From Acidimicrobiia bacterium (GTDB taxonomy: Bacteria > Actinomycetota > Acidimicrobiia > Spongiisociales > ZC4RG35): DNA of 64,000 nucleotides. The notes below the pieces were generated by a model. It did no database searches, had not been told where the DNA came from, and worked only from the letters and a program-made list of their open reading frames with translations. Numbering within the stretch: the first letter of the stretch is position 1; every line of letters begins with the position of its first letter. Positions 40,420-50,293 of this stretch are shown one piece after another. The position numbers were made by a program, and so were the translations under genes. The stretch spans positions 26,008 through 90,007 of the forward strand of contig JAWOJB010000024.1 of assembly GCA_046484325.1 (NCBI GenBank). Reading direction: 5' to 3'.

Positions 40420-41603
40420 GCGCCAACGGCGCCGGCTCGGGTGAACCGAGCCACGATCTCGACGTGATACGTCTGGGGGAAGAGGTCCAGCGGCTGCACC
40501 CACTCGAGCACGAACCCGGCGGTCACCAGGCGCCGGGCGTCGCGGGCGAAGGTGGCGGGGTCGCAGGACACCATCGCCAGCCACCGCACACCGGCCGCCG
40601 CCAGGCACTCGGGGACCCCGGGCCCCAGGCCCGCCCGAGGTGGGTCGACCACCGCAGCCTCGAACCGTCCCAGGCCGGCGACGGCCTCCTCCAGGCGGCG
40701 CCCCACCACAGTCACCCGCCCATCGGTGTTGTGGCCGAGGTCGTCCACGGCCCGCCGGTCCGACTCCACCGCGGTCACGGCCCCGAACCGGCGGCCAACG
40801 GTGGCGGCGAACAGGCCGACCCCGGCATACCCGTCGAGCAGGACTCCCTCGGCGCCGGCCAGCGCCAGGTCGACATGGTGGACGAGGCGTCTGGCGCCCG
40901 GGGTCGAGACCTGGAAGAAGGCCCGCCCGCCGATGCGGAAGCGCACGCCCGCCACCTCCTCGTGGATGCGGGCGGCGGCGGGGGCCCGGACCGGGATCCC
41001 CCACCGGTCCGAGGCATCCGCCGGAGGGTCGCCGTCGACGATCGCGACCGTCTCCCCCGAGGCCACGCCGGCCCGCAGCGTGAGACGGCGCAGCCCGGCG
41101 AGACCGTCGAGCCGCCGGATCACCCGCTGGAGCGGCTCGACCGGCAGCAGGCACAGGTCGAGCTCGACCAGGTCGTGGGAGCGGGCGGCCGCCAGGGCCG
41201 GCCGCCCTCCCGACACGCGCAGGTCCATGCGGTTGCGGTAGCCGAACGCGGGGGAGGCCGGGTCGATCGGACGGACCTCGGCATCGTGGATGTCGCCGAG
41301 GTGGGCGAGTTGGGAGCGAACGGTGCGCTGCTTCCAGCGCAGCTGGGCCGGATGCCCCGCCGCCTGCCAGGGACAGCCCCCACAGCCGTCGGCGAGGTGC
41401 GGGCAGGGCGGTTCGATCCGGTCCGGCGACGGGTCGAGCAGCTCGATCACCCGCCCTCTGGCGAACCGGGGCCGCTCCTCGGTGATCTCGACTCGGACCA
41501 GGTCCCCGGGCATCGCCCCGGGGACGAACACGGCGAGGCCATCGTGGCGTCCGAGACCGTCTCCCCCGTGGGCCATCTCCTCGACCCGGAGCGGGATGGT
41601 CAC
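40416..41603 (-). CDS. 23S rRNA (uracil-C5)-methyltransferase RlmD/RumA family
   Basis: TRAM domain, CPHLADGCGGCPWQ Fe-S motif, SAM methyltransferase fold. Confidence 0.8.
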   Translation of the reverse strand: MTIPLRVEEMAHGGDGLGRHDGLAVFVPGAMPGDLVRVEITEERPRFARGRVIELLDPSPDRIEPPCPHLADGCGGCPWQAAGHPAQLRWKQRTVRSQLAHLGDIHDAEVRPIDPASPAFGYRNRMDLRVSGGRPALAAARSHDLVELDLCLLPVEPLQRVIRRLDGLAGLRRLTLRAGVASGETVAIVDGDPPADASDRWGIPVRAPAAARIHEEVAGVRFRIGGRAFFQVSTPGARRLVHHVDLALAGAEGVLLDGYAGVGLFAATVGRRFGAVTAVESDRRAVDDLGHNTDGRVTVVGRRLEEAVAGLGRFEAAVVDPPRAGLGPGVPECLAAAGVRWLAMVSCDPATFARDARRLVTAGFVLEWVQPLDLFPQTYHVEIVARFTRAGAVGA

Positions 41604-42052
41604 GAGAGGGCCCGGATGAGGAGCGCCTGGAGGGAGGCGAGGTAGTCGAGGATGGCGTGGTCGCCTTCGTCGAGCCGTTCGTAGTCCGCCGCCACGTCGA
41701 CCCGGAGGCGGGCCGCCAGCACGAGGCGGGCCTCCACCAGCACCCGGAGGAAGGCCTCGGCCTCGGCAGGCGACGCCGTCACACCGTCCTCGGCCCCGGC
41801 GACCAACTCGCCGAACGCCGAGCGGTCGGCCGACCGGGACTCGTCGAGCTCGGACCGCATGAGCCGCCAGTACTCGGCGTCGGACCCGGGGTCGTCGAGG
41901 TAGACGGGGACCGTGAGCCGGCCGGCCGCCGGGTCGCCCGGCTCGGCTCCGACCCCGCCGAGCATCGCCGGGATCTGGGAGAGGATGGCCACGTCGGCCC
42001 GATCGAGTCGGACCTCGATCCCCTGGCGGGTGCGGCGGAACGGGCCCATCAT
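41600..42052 (-). CDS. DUF2017 domain protein (ClpS-associated)
   Basis: Start [17 protein letters not shown] at 42050-42052. The upstream 72 codons of ORF 41600..42268 are Arg-rich junk. 4-nt overlap with clpS. Confidence 0.65.
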   Translation of the reverse strand: MMGPFRRTRQGIEVRLDRADVAILSQIPAMLGGVGAEPGDPAAGRLTVPVYLDDPGSDAEYWRLMRSELDESRSADRSAFGELVAGAEDGVTASPAEAEAFLRVLVEARLVLAARLRVDVAADYERLDEGDHAILDYLASLQALLIRALS

Positions 42053-42336
42053 CGTTCGAGGGTCGCCCACAGACCGTGCCGGTGGAGGCGGTAGCAGTCG
42101 AGTTCGGACTGCTCGCGGGGCCCGTCGGCCACCACCGCCCGTCCCTCGTGGTGGACTTGCATGGTCAGCTCCATGGCCTTGTGCTCGGAGTATCCGAAGA
42201 GCTTGCGGAAGACGTACGCGACGTACTCGATGAGGTTGACCGGGTCGTCCCACACGATGACCTTCCACGTCTCGTCGAGGCCCTGCGACTCGTCGACGTC
42301 GGGCTCGATGGTCGGTGCCAGTTCGGCGCGTTCCAC
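42049..42336 (-). CDS. clpS: ATP-dependent Clp protease adaptor ClpS
   Basis: [45 protein letters not shown]. Confidence 0.9.
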   Translation of the reverse strand: MERAELAPTIEPDVDESQGLDETWKVIVWDDPVNLIEYVAYVFRKLFGYSEHKAMELTMQVHHEGRAVVADGPREQSELDCYRLHRHGLWATLER

Positions 42337-42402
42337 CCCGTCAGGCTAGGCGCCAACGACCCCCTCGACGGCCGGCGCCCCGGGCCGTAGCGTGCGAGAC
42401 GG

Positions 42403-42699
42403 ATGCACGACGATCCTCCCCACCCCGACGTCGAGGAGATCGCCGAGGCCCTGGAGCGCCGCCTCGGCGAGGTCCTGCGACTCGAGCAGGAGGCAGCCGC
42501 CGTGGAGGCTCGCAGGGTCACCACCATCCGCGATCGCCTGCTGGACGCCGAGGACGGGGCCGATCCGGTGGTCGTGTGGTTGCGCTCGGGCTCGTCGTGG
42601 CGGGGTGTGCCGCTCGTGGGACTCGATCACGTCGAGGTCTGCGGGGGACGGCGGGTGCTCGTGGCCCTCGACGAGATCGAGGCCGTCGAACTGGCATGA
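42403..42699 (+). CDS. hypothetical protein
   Basis: 98-aa ORF with GC3-rich codon usage. Stop overlaps the next ATG. Confidence 0.35.
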   Translation: MHDDPPHPDVEEIAEALERRLGEVLRLEQEAAAVEARRVTTIRDRLLDAEDGADPVVVWLRSGSSWRGVPLVGLDHVEVCGGRRVLVALDEIEAVELA

Positions 42700-43712
42700 G
42701 GACGGCGGTGGCGACGATCGTGACCGCCGCCTTGTGGGAGCAGGAGCTCGTGGCGGCCGCCCGGCGGACCGGGAGGGTGCGGATCGTCGCCCGCTGCGCC
42801 GATCCGGTGGCGGCCGGCGCGGCGGCAGGGCGGGTCGGGGCGATCGTGGTCGGATCGGCCACCCCGTGGCTCTCGGCCGGGGCCGTCGACGGCTGGCGGC
42901 GGGCCGGTGCGCTGGTGGTGGGGGTGGTCGAGTCGGGAGACCGAGCGGCCCACGGCCGACTCCAGCGGCTCGGGTGCGACATCGTTGCGGAGGACGAACC
43001 CGAGATGCTGCTGGACTCGATCGCCCTCATCGGGTCGTCGTCCACCGGCCGCCCGGACCCCTGGCACGTGGTGACGGGCCCACGGGGTGCCCCCGGCCGG
43101 ACCGAGGTGGCGCTCGGCCTGGCCCTGGCGCTCGAGCCGCCCGTGTTGCTCGTCGAGGCCGACCGGGCGGCTCCGTCGCTGGGGCTCCGCCTCGGCCTCC
43201 CACCCGAGCGCTCCCGCCCGCAAGCCCGCCGGTGGGGTCCGATCGGTGTCGTGACGGTATCGCCCGGCACCACCCTCGCCGAGCTCGACGAGATCGCCGC
43301 AGCCTGGGACGGTCGGGTGGTCGTCGACGCCGGACCCGAGCCCGGTCAGGCGAGGCGCCGGAGCCCCGCCCGGACCGTCGTGGTCGCGACCGCCACGCCG
43401 GTGGGGATGGTACGAGCGGCCGCCTTCCTGGCCGGGGTGGCCGACCTCCGTCCACGCCTGGTGCTCAACCGTTGCCGGCCCGGTGACGCGGCGGTGGTCG
43501 CGGCGGTGCTCGGGCCACCGGACGCCATCATCCCCGAGCTGGCGGCCGGGTGGGGTGCGCCCCCCGACACCCGACTGGTGGATGCGTTGCGAGAGTCGCC
43601 CATCGTCAGCGGGCCACCGAGCGGTAGCTACCGAGGAAGCGCAGATCGGCGAGGGTGGCCGGAGGGGGCTCGAACACGGCCGCCAGGCCGGCTCTCCCCG
43701 GGGGGTGGGTGA
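42696..43712 (+). CDS. CpaE/ParA-like (helicase/secretion-neighbourhood type) protein with N-terminal receiver-like domain
   Basis: MRTAVATIV start overlaps the previous stop. LLVEADRAAPSLGLRLGL and VVVATATPVGMVRAA resemble degenerate ParA/CpaE ATPases. 3' end uncertain (about 106-nt convergent overlap with pheA). Confidence 0.45.
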   Translation: MRTAVATIVTAALWEQELVAAARRTGRVRIVARCADPVAAGAAAGRVGAIVVGSATPWLSAGAVDGWRRAGALVVGVVESGDRAAHGRLQRLGCDIVAEDEPEMLLDSIALIGSSSTGRPDPWHVVTGPRGAPGRTEVALGLALALEPPVLLVEADRAAPSLGLRLGLPPERSRPQARRWGPIGVVTVSPGTTLAELDEIAAAWDGRVVVDAGPEPGQARRRSPARTVVVATATPVGMVRAAAFLAGVADLRPRLVLNRCRPGDAAVVAAVLGPPDAIIPELAAGWGAPPDTRLVDALRESPIVSGPPSGSYRGSADRRGWPEGARTRPPGRLSPGGG

Positions 43713-44418
43713 GGTCGACGAAGAACCGGTATTGCCAGGCACTCTCGGCGGGTCTCGACTCGATCCGGGTCAGGTTGGCCCCGCGCAGCCCGAGCTCGGT
43801 GAGCGCCAAGGCCAGGGCCCCAGGCTGGTGGAGGGTCGTGAACGCCACCGAGGTCTTGTCGGCGTCGGCGGCCACCGGCTGCTCGCCGGGGGCCACCACG
43901 ACGAATCGGGTGGTGTTGTGATCACGATCGATCACGCCACGGGCGAGCACGGCGAGCCCGTGCCGTTCGGCCGCCCGCTCCGGACCGAGGGCGGCCTCGG
44001 TCGGGTCGGCGTGCTCGGCCACCATCCGGACTGCCCCGGCGGTGTCGTGGGATGGGAGGGACTCCCATCCGTGATGGGTGATGTAGGCCTCCGCCTGGGC
44101 GAGGGCCTCGGGATGGGAGTGGACCCGCCGGATCCCCTCGACCGTCGCCCCGGGGGCCGCCAGCAGGCAGTGGCGGACCTCCACCAGGTGCTCGGCGACG
44201 ATGTGGACCTTCCCGGGGAGGAGGCGGTCGAGCACGGGGAGCACGCTGCCGGTCGTCGAGTTCTCGATAGGGAGCACGAGCCGGTCCACCTCGCCTGAGG
44301 CGATCGCCTCGAACGCCGCCACGAAGCTGGGGTACCCGGCCCGGTCGTGATCGGGAAAGAGCTCGGCCGAGGCCTGGTCGCTGTAGGAGAGCTCCTCTCC
44401 CTGGAATCCGATCCGCAT
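43606..44418 (-). CDS. pheA: prephenate dehydratase
   Basis: Start MRIGFQG at 44416-44418. PDT domain plus C-terminal ACT (NLTRIESRP). Upstream part of ORF 43606..44988 is junk. Confidence 0.85.
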   Translation of the reverse strand: MRIGFQGEELSYSDQASAELFPDHDRAGYPSFVAAFEAIASGEVDRLVLPIENSTTGSVLPVLDRLLPGKVHIVAEHLVEVRHCLLAAPGATVEGIRRVHSHPEALAQAEAYITHHGWESLPSHDTAGAVRMVAEHADPTEAALGPERAAERHGLAVLARGVIDRDHNTTRFVVVAPGEQPVAADADKTSVAFTTLHQPGALALALTELGLRGANLTRIESRPAESAWQYRFFVDLTHPPGRAGLAAVFEPPPATLADLRFLGSYRSVAR

Positions 44419-44457
44419 GAGGACGGCGACGTTAGCCCGATAGGGTAGATTCTCCGG

Positions 44458-45495
44458 GTGGAGACGAGTCGGGTGGCGGTCCTGCTCGGAGGCTACGGCG
44501 AGGCCGAGCACGAGCACGAGCACGAGGAGTACAACGAGCGGGCGCTGCGCCTGCTGGTGTCGAAGTCGATTCGGTTCCCCGAGCCCATGATCCCGTGGAT
44601 GGCCCGGTTGCTGGGCCGTCGGGTACGGCGGGAGTGGGAGCGTGAGGACCACTTCCACTCCCCCCACAACGAGATCTTCGAGCAGCAGCGGGCGGGCATC
44701 GAGCAAGCCCTCACCCGGCGCTTCGGTCCGGACGCCGTGTCGGTGTTCACGGCCCTGAACTTCACCGACGGCCTGCTCCCGGCCCAGGCGCTCGGGCGCA
44801 TCCGCGAGGCCGGGTTCGACCGGCTGGCGATCTACCCGCTGGAGGTGCTCGACTCGGTGTTCACCTCGGGCCTCGTCCTGCAGCAGGTGAACGAGGCGCT
44901 CGGGGACGACGGGGGCTGGGTTGCCGAGGTCCGCTACCTCCCGGGCTTCGCCGACAGGCCCGAGTTTCACCGGCGGCTGGCCGAGCACATCCGGGACGGG
45001 GCGGCGGTCCTCCGGGACCGGTACGCCCCCACCCAGATCGCGGTGATGCTGCTGCTACATGGTTGCCCGCTCGAGTCGAAGGGTCACGAAGTCGGCATCC
45101 GGGAGTCCGAGGCCCTCTACCGGGCGGTCCGGGCCCTGCTCGTCGACCGGTACCCGCTGATCCACATCGGCTGGATGAACCATCCCACCCCCGCCAGGTG
45201 GACGAGCCCGGACATGGAGACGTCGGCGGAGAACCTGATCGAGCTGGGTGCGCGGGCCATCGTGTTCGCCCCCATCGGGTTCGTGACCGAGAACCACGAG
45301 ACCGTCCTCGACGTGTCGTACGTGGAGCGGAGCCTGGCGGGTCGGGTCGAGACGGTCCGGCTGCCGAGCCTGAACGCCGACCCGGCGTTCCTCGAGATGG
45401 CCGCGGGCTGGATCGCGCCGTACGTGTCGGAGCTCCGCCACGGCCACGACTGCTGTGTGAGCGACCACGGGCGCGAGATCTGCTGCACGACGTGA
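44458..45495 (+). CDS. hemH: ferrochelatase family protein with C-terminal Cys-rich tail
   Basis: RVAVLLGG, LLHGCPLES (LLxSxHGxP-like) and PIGFVTENHET (PIAFVSDHIET-like). C-terminal HGHDCCVSDHGREICC. Confidence 0.65.
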   Translation: METSRVAVLLGGYGEAEHEHEHEEYNERALRLLVSKSIRFPEPMIPWMARLLGRRVRREWEREDHFHSPHNEIFEQQRAGIEQALTRRFGPDAVSVFTALNFTDGLLPAQALGRIREAGFDRLAIYPLEVLDSVFTSGLVLQQVNEALGDDGGWVAEVRYLPGFADRPEFHRRLAEHIRDGAAVLRDRYAPTQIAVMLLLHGCPLESKGHEVGIRESEALYRAVRALLVDRYPLIHIGWMNHPTPARWTSPDMETSAENLIELGARAIVFAPIGFVTENHETVLDVSYVERSLAGRVETVRLPSLNADPAFLEMAAGWIAPYVSELRHGHDCCVSDHGREICCTT

Positions 45496-47735
45496 AGGTC
45501 GTCACCCTGGAGGGGGCGGGCCCCGGCGCCGGGGGGAAGGCCCGCAACCTCAGGTGGCTGATCGAGCACCGCTATCGGGTACCCCCGGGAGTGGTGGTGA
45601 CCGGGGCCGACCCCGGCGGTGCGGAATCTCTCGGCCGGGAGCTCTCCGGTCACCTCCGCCCCGGCGTCGAGTATGCGGTGCGCTCCTCGGCCGAGGTCGA
45701 GGACTCGGCTTCGTGGTCGTTCGCAGGTCAGTTCGACACACGGCTCGGCGTTGCCGGCCTCGACGAGGTGGTGCGGGCGGTCGGGGAGGTGGCCGCCTCC
45801 GCCCACGAACCCCGGCTCCGCCCGTACCTCGAACGAGCCGGCGTCTCCCCTGGCTCCGTGGAGATGGCCGTCATCGTCCAGGAGATGGTCGCCGCCGTGG
45901 CGGCGGGCGTGGCCTTCAGCCGGAACCCCCTCACCGGGCTGGGGGAGATCGTGATCGAGTCGGTGCCGGGCACGGGGGCGGCACTCGTCTCGGGCGAGGC
46001 CAGCCCGGAGCGGTGGGTGCGCCGGTGGGGGGACTGGATCGAGCGGCCGGAGGCACCGGCCGCGCCGGAGGGCACGATGGAGGAGCTGGCCGAGGTGGTC
46101 GACCGGATCGGCCGCCAGCGGAGGGAACCGGTCGATGTCGAATGGGCGTGGGACGGCCGCGAGCTTCACCTGCTCCAGGTGCGACCGTTGACGACCCGCA
46201 ACCTGGCCGTGTACTCGAACCGGATCTCGAGGGAGTTTCTCCCGGGGATGATCAAGCCGCTCGTGTGGTCGATCAACGTGCCGGTGGTCAACGGCGCCTG
46301 GCTCGAGCTGTTCGAGTCGCTCGTTGGACCCCTCGAACTCCGGCCGGATGACCTCGCCCGCCAGTTCGCCTATCGCGCCTACTTCAACATGCAGGCGGTG
46401 GGCGACGTGTTCGAGGCCCTCGGCATGCCTCGTGACCTGCTCGAGGTGCTGATGGGGCTGCCCGGTGGGAGCGATCGGCCCGGCTTTCGTCCGGGTCCGC
46501 GTGTGGTGCGTCACCTCCCGCGGATGGCACGGACCGGATGGCGACTGCTCCGCTACGACCGGGAGCTCGACCGGGCCCTCCCCGAGCTCGAGCAGCGCTT
46601 CGCGGCCATCGAGGAGCGCGACCTCTCCGCTCTCTCCAACCGGGAGCTCGTCGGATGCATCCACGAGCTCGAGGACCTGACCCGCCAGGGCGCCTTCGCC
46701 AACATCGTCGCCCCGCTCCTCATGAACGCCTATGGCTCGCGCCTGCGGAGACGGCTCGAGAAGGACGGCATCGATGCCCATGGCGTGGATCCGGCTGCCG
46801 CCGACCCGGCCCTGGAACGGTACGACCCCAACCGGCACCTCGACCGGCTCGCCGCGGCGGTGCCGACGCTCGCCCAGCCGGACCGGGACCGGGTGGCGGC
46901 AGGCGACCTGTCGGTGCTCCCGGGCGGGGAGGAGTTCCTGGACCGCTTCGGTCACCTGTCCGACTCGGGCAACGACTTCTCGTCGGTCCCCTGGCGGGAG
47001 GAACCGGCCCGCCTCGGACCGGTGGTTCTCGGGCATCGCCCCGCCGCCGGACCGGGTGGGGGGGAGGCGGACGTGCCGAGGTCGCGCCGGCGGTTGGCCC
47101 GGCGCGCCGGGCGGTTTCGGGTCGAGCGAGAGCGGGTGTCGTACCTGTACACACGGGGATACGGGTCCTTCCGGCCGCTCGCTCTCGAGGCCGGCCGCCG
47201 TCTGGTTGGGATGGACCTGCTCGAGTCGGCCGAGGACGTGTTCCATCTGACCCGTTCCGAGCTCGAGGGCCTTCTCTCCGGCGACCCCATCGACGATCCC
47301 GGCGGCGTGGCCCGGGCCCGGCGGGAGGAGATGGCGGCGCTGGCCGCGGTCTCGATGCCCGAGGTGATCTACGGCGAAGATTTCGAGCCTGCGCCGCCGG
47401 CGGATCCCGACCACCGGCTGCGAGGGGTTCCCACGTCCCGGGGGATCCATCGGGCCGTCGCCCGGGTGGTCTCGGGTATCGGCGAGGTCGCCCGGCTCGC
47501 GCCGGGCGACGTGGTGGTCATCCCGTACTCCGACGTCGGATGGACGCCCATCCTGGCGAGGTCGGGTGCCATCGTGGCCGAGTCGGGGGGGATGCTGTCG
47601 CACTCGTCGATCGTGGCGCGGGAGCTCGGCATCCCCTGCGTTGTCTCGGTCGATGGGGCGATGAGGATCCCGGACGGGGCGGTGGTGAGGGTGGACGGGT
47701 ACACCGGGGAGGTGCAGTGGGAGAACCCGGTCTGA
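45492..47735 (+). CDS. PEP-utilising enzyme family protein (pyruvate, water dikinase / rifampin-phosphotransferase-like)
   Basis: GTG at 45492 (GTGA overlap with hemH stop). N-terminal PPDK-type ATP-grasp (KARNLRWL, AVRSSAE.ED) and C-terminal mobile His domain (GGMLSHSSIVARELGIPCVV). Upstream part of ORF 45063..47735 overlaps hemH in another frame. Confidence 0.75.
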   Translation: MKVVTLEGAGPGAGGKARNLRWLIEHRYRVPPGVVVTGADPGGAESLGRELSGHLRPGVEYAVRSSAEVEDSASWSFAGQFDTRLGVAGLDEVVRAVGEVAASAHEPRLRPYLERAGVSPGSVEMAVIVQEMVAAVAAGVAFSRNPLTGLGEIVIESVPGTGAALVSGEASPERWVRRWGDWIERPEAPAAPEGTMEELAEVVDRIGRQRREPVDVEWAWDGRELHLLQVRPLTTRNLAVYSNRISREFLPGMIKPLVWSINVPVVNGAWLELFESLVGPLELRPDDLARQFAYRAYFNMQAVGDVFEALGMPRDLLEVLMGLPGGSDRPGFRPGPRVVRHLPRMARTGWRLLRYDRELDRALPELEQRFAAIEERDLSALSNRELVGCIHELEDLTRQGAFANIVAPLLMNAYGSRLRRRLEKDGIDAHGVDPAAADPALERYDPNRHLDRLAAAVPTLAQPDRDRVAAGDLSVLPGGEEFLDRFGHLSDSGNDFSSVPWREEPARLGPVVLGHRPAAGPGGGEADVPRSRRRLARRAGRFRVERERVSYLYTRGYGSFRPLALEAGRRLVGMDLLESAEDVFHLTRSELEGLLSGDPIDDPGGVARARREEMAALAAVSMPEVIYGEDFEPAPPADPDHRLRGVPTSRGIHRAVARVVSGIGEVARLAPGDVVVIPYSDVGWTPILARSGAIVAESGGMLSHSSIVARELGIPCVVSVDGAMRIPDGAVVRVDGYTGEVQWENPV

Positions 47736-48400
47736 GCCTCTTCCTGGCCGCCGCCACCGGCTATCTGATCGGGTCGATCTCCTTCGCCCATCTGGTCGGT
47801 CGCCGAATCGCACCCGGTGCCGACCTCGGCCGGTCGGCCGTCGTCCTGGACGACGGCTTCGTGATGGAGTACCGGGGCACGAGCGCGACGTCGGTCCGCC
47901 TCGGCGGGCACCGCCGCGCCGGGGCGGCCGTCGGGCTGCTCGACATCGCCAAGGGCGCGATCGCCGCGCTCCTCGCCGCCGGGTGGTGGCCCGACGTGCA
48001 CGCGGCCGAGGTGGCCGGGGTGGCGGCGGTGGTGGGCCACGTCTACCCGATCTGGCATCGCTTCCGCGGCGGCCGGGGCGTGTCGCCCTTCCTGGGTGCC
48101 ATGGCGGTCGTGGACTGGACGGCCCTGCCCGTCGTCTTCGGCGGCGGCTATGCCCTGGGTCTCGCCCTCGGTGACCTGTTCATGGCCTACGGGGGAGGCA
48201 CCCTGCTGGCGATCCCCTGGTACCTGTGGCGCCACGGCTGGGGACCGGAGACGTGGTTCGCGCTCGCCGGGAACGCGGTGTTCGTCCTCTCGGCCCTCCC
48301 CGAGGCGCGAGCCTGGATCCGCTATCGGAGGAGCCATCCGCGACCCTGGCGGGACCGGGCCCGCCAGATCCTGCGGGGGTTCCCGGGCCCGGAGCGCTAG
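47717..48400 (+). CDS. plsY: glycerol-3-phosphate acyltransferase PlsY
   Basis: LFLAAATGYLIGSISFAHLV and HVYPIWHRFRGGRGV motifs. GTG start at 47717 inferred. Confidence 0.7.
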   Translation: MGEPGLSLFLAAATGYLIGSISFAHLVGRRIAPGADLGRSAVVLDDGFVMEYRGTSATSVRLGGHRRAGAAVGLLDIAKGAIAALLAAGWWPDVHAAEVAGVAAVVGHVYPIWHRFRGGRGVSPFLGAMAVVDWTALPVVFGGGYALGLALGDLFMAYGGGTLLAIPWYLWRHGWGPETWFALAGNAVFVLSALPEARAWIRYRRSHPRPWRDRARQILRGFPGPER

Positions 48401-48434
48401 CCGCTCGCCACGATCGTGGAGACCTTGCGGGTCG

Positions 48435-49631
48435 TCACTCGGCGGAGCGCACGGCCTCGGAGGGAGGCACTCGCGCCGCCCGGATCGCCGGGTAGAGGCC
48501 GGCAATCGCGCCGATCAGCAGTGCCACGCCCACCGCCGCGATCGGGGCCTCGACCGGGAGGGCGACCGGGAGGTCCCGCAGCTCGGCGAACCCGACGGTG
48601 ATCACGGCCCCGAGCAGCGCCCCGGCCAGGCCTCCGAAGCCGGCCAGGACGACCGCCTCGAGCAGGAACTGACGGAGGATGTGGCTCCGGGTGGCGCCCA
48701 GGGCCCGCCGGACCCCGATCTCCATGCGCCGCTCGAGGACCGACATCACCATGATGTTGGCGATCGCCACACCGCCGACGAGCAGTGCCACCGACCCGAG
48801 GCCGATGAGGAGCTGGGTGAGGGCGGCGTCGGCCGCCTCGCGGGCTGCCAGGGCATCGGAGGGCCGGGTGACGTCCACCCGGTCGGGGTTCTCGGGATTG
48901 ACCGTCTGCGGGAGGACCCGGACGACGTCGTCCGAGGCTTGGGGGACGACCCGGAGGAACAGCGATGTGGGGGCCGGCTCCTGGCCGAGGATCCGGTCGG
49001 CGGCCGCCTCGCCGACGAGCACCGAGCGCTCGAGGTCCGGGAAGAGCACGAGGTCGTCGAGGATGCCCACGACCGTGAACCACCGGTCTCCGATGTACAC
49101 CAGTCGCTCGTGGCGCAGGTCGGCCACCCCGAGCCGTGAGGCCGCCACGGACCCCAGCACCGCCACCGGGAGCCCTTCGTCGCCCGGGCCCAGGAAGCGT
49201 CCCTGGGAGACCCCGCCGCCGAGGACATCGAGCAGGTCGGGGGCGACGGCCACCACCCCCAGGCCCCCCGTCTCCAGCTCGGGGATGAGGTCGGTGCGCC
49301 GGACGGTGGCGTCGAGCTGCCGGATGATCGCGATCTGCTCCACCGGACCGATGCGGGCGGCCATCGACGGGGCGTCCTCGGGCAGCTCGGAGGGGCCACC
49401 CAGCACCCCCTGGCCCGGTGTGACCCGGAGCAGGTTGGTGCCCAGGCGGTCGAGGGTCGCCAGCAGGTCGGCGCGACCCGATGCCGAGATTCCGACGACG
49501 GCGACCACGGCGGCGATGCCGATGGCGATGCCGAGCGCGGTGAGCGCCGACCGGCCCGCCCGGGACCCGAGCCCGAGCACCGCCAGGCGGAAGGTGTCAG
49601 CCAGCCGGAGACGCGACCGCAGCGCGCTCAC
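48435..49631 (-). CDS. ABC transporter permease (FtsX/MacB-like)
   Basis: N-terminal TM, large periplasmic domain, C-terminal FtsX 3-TM domain. Confidence 0.8.
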   Translation of the reverse strand: MSALRSRLRLADTFRLAVLGLGSRAGRSALTALGIAIGIAAVVAVVGISASGRADLLATLDRLGTNLLRVTPGQGVLGGPSELPEDAPSMAARIGPVEQIAIIRQLDATVRRTDLIPELETGGLGVVAVAPDLLDVLGGGVSQGRFLGPGDEGLPVAVLGSVAASRLGVADLRHERLVYIGDRWFTVVGILDDLVLFPDLERSVLVGEAAADRILGQEPAPTSLFLRVVPQASDDVVRVLPQTVNPENPDRVDVTRPSDALAAREAADAALTQLLIGLGSVALLVGGVAIANIMVMSVLERRMEIGVRRALGATRSHILRQFLLEAVVLAGFGGLAGALLGAVITVGFAELRDLPVALPVEAPIAAVGVALLIGAIAGLYPAIRAARVPPSEAVRSAE

Positions 49632-50293
49632 GCCACCACCCTCCCGTCGAGGAGGGAGACCCGCCGCGGGAAGCGGGCCGCCAGGTCACGGTCGTGGGTG
49701 ATCACCACGATCGTGGACCCGCTCCGGTTGAGCTCGAGGAAGAGCTCGACGATCCCCTCGGAGGTGACCGAGTCGAGGTTGCCGGTGGGCTCGTCTGCGA
49801 ACAAAACCGCCGGGTCCCCGACGAGAGCGCGGGCGATGGCGACGCGCTGCCGCTCGCCCCCGGACAGCCGGGCCGGGATGTGGTCGACCCGATGGCCGAG
49901 GCCCACCCGCTCGAGGGCGGCGAGGGCACGGTTCCGCCGCTCGGCGGCGGGGACCCCTCGGTACAGGAGCCCCTGGGCGACGTTGTCGACGGCCGAGACC
50001 CCGTTGATGAGGAAGAACTCCTGGAACACGAAGCCGAGCCGGTGGGCGCGGACCGCCGACACCCGGCGGTCCGGCAGGCGGGAGACAGGCTCGCCCCCGA
50101 CGTAGACCTCCCCGTTCGTGGGTCGGTCGAGCAGGCCCATGATGTGGAGGAGGGTGCTCTTGCCAGACCCGGAGGGGCCCACCACCGCCAGGAGCTCGCC
50201 GGGATCGACGGCGAGATCGATGCCGCGCACGGCCTCGACCGGGGGAGGGCCCGGGTAGGTCTTGGCGACGCCCTCGAGCCGGAGGACCGGCAT
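49628..50293 (-). CDS. ABC transporter ATP-binding protein (MacB/LolD-like)
   Basis: [17 protein letters not shown] and [11 protein letters not shown] motifs. Start MPVLRLEG at 50291-50293. Confidence 0.9.
   Translation of the reverse strand: MPVLRLEGVAKTYPGPPPVEAVRGIDLAVDPGELLAVVGPSGSGKSTLLHIMGLLDRPTNGEVYVGGEPVSRLPDRRVSAVRAHRLGFVFQEFFLINGVSAVDNVAQGLLYRGVPAAERRNRALAALERVGLGHRVDHIPARLSGGERQRVAIARALVGDPAVLFADEPTGNLDSVTSEGIVELFLELNRSGSTIVVITHDRDLAARFPRRVSLLDGRVVA

Noticed and set aside
42392-43486. 364-aa Arg-rich plus-strand ORF
   Set aside because: Off-frame of the CpaE-like CDS.
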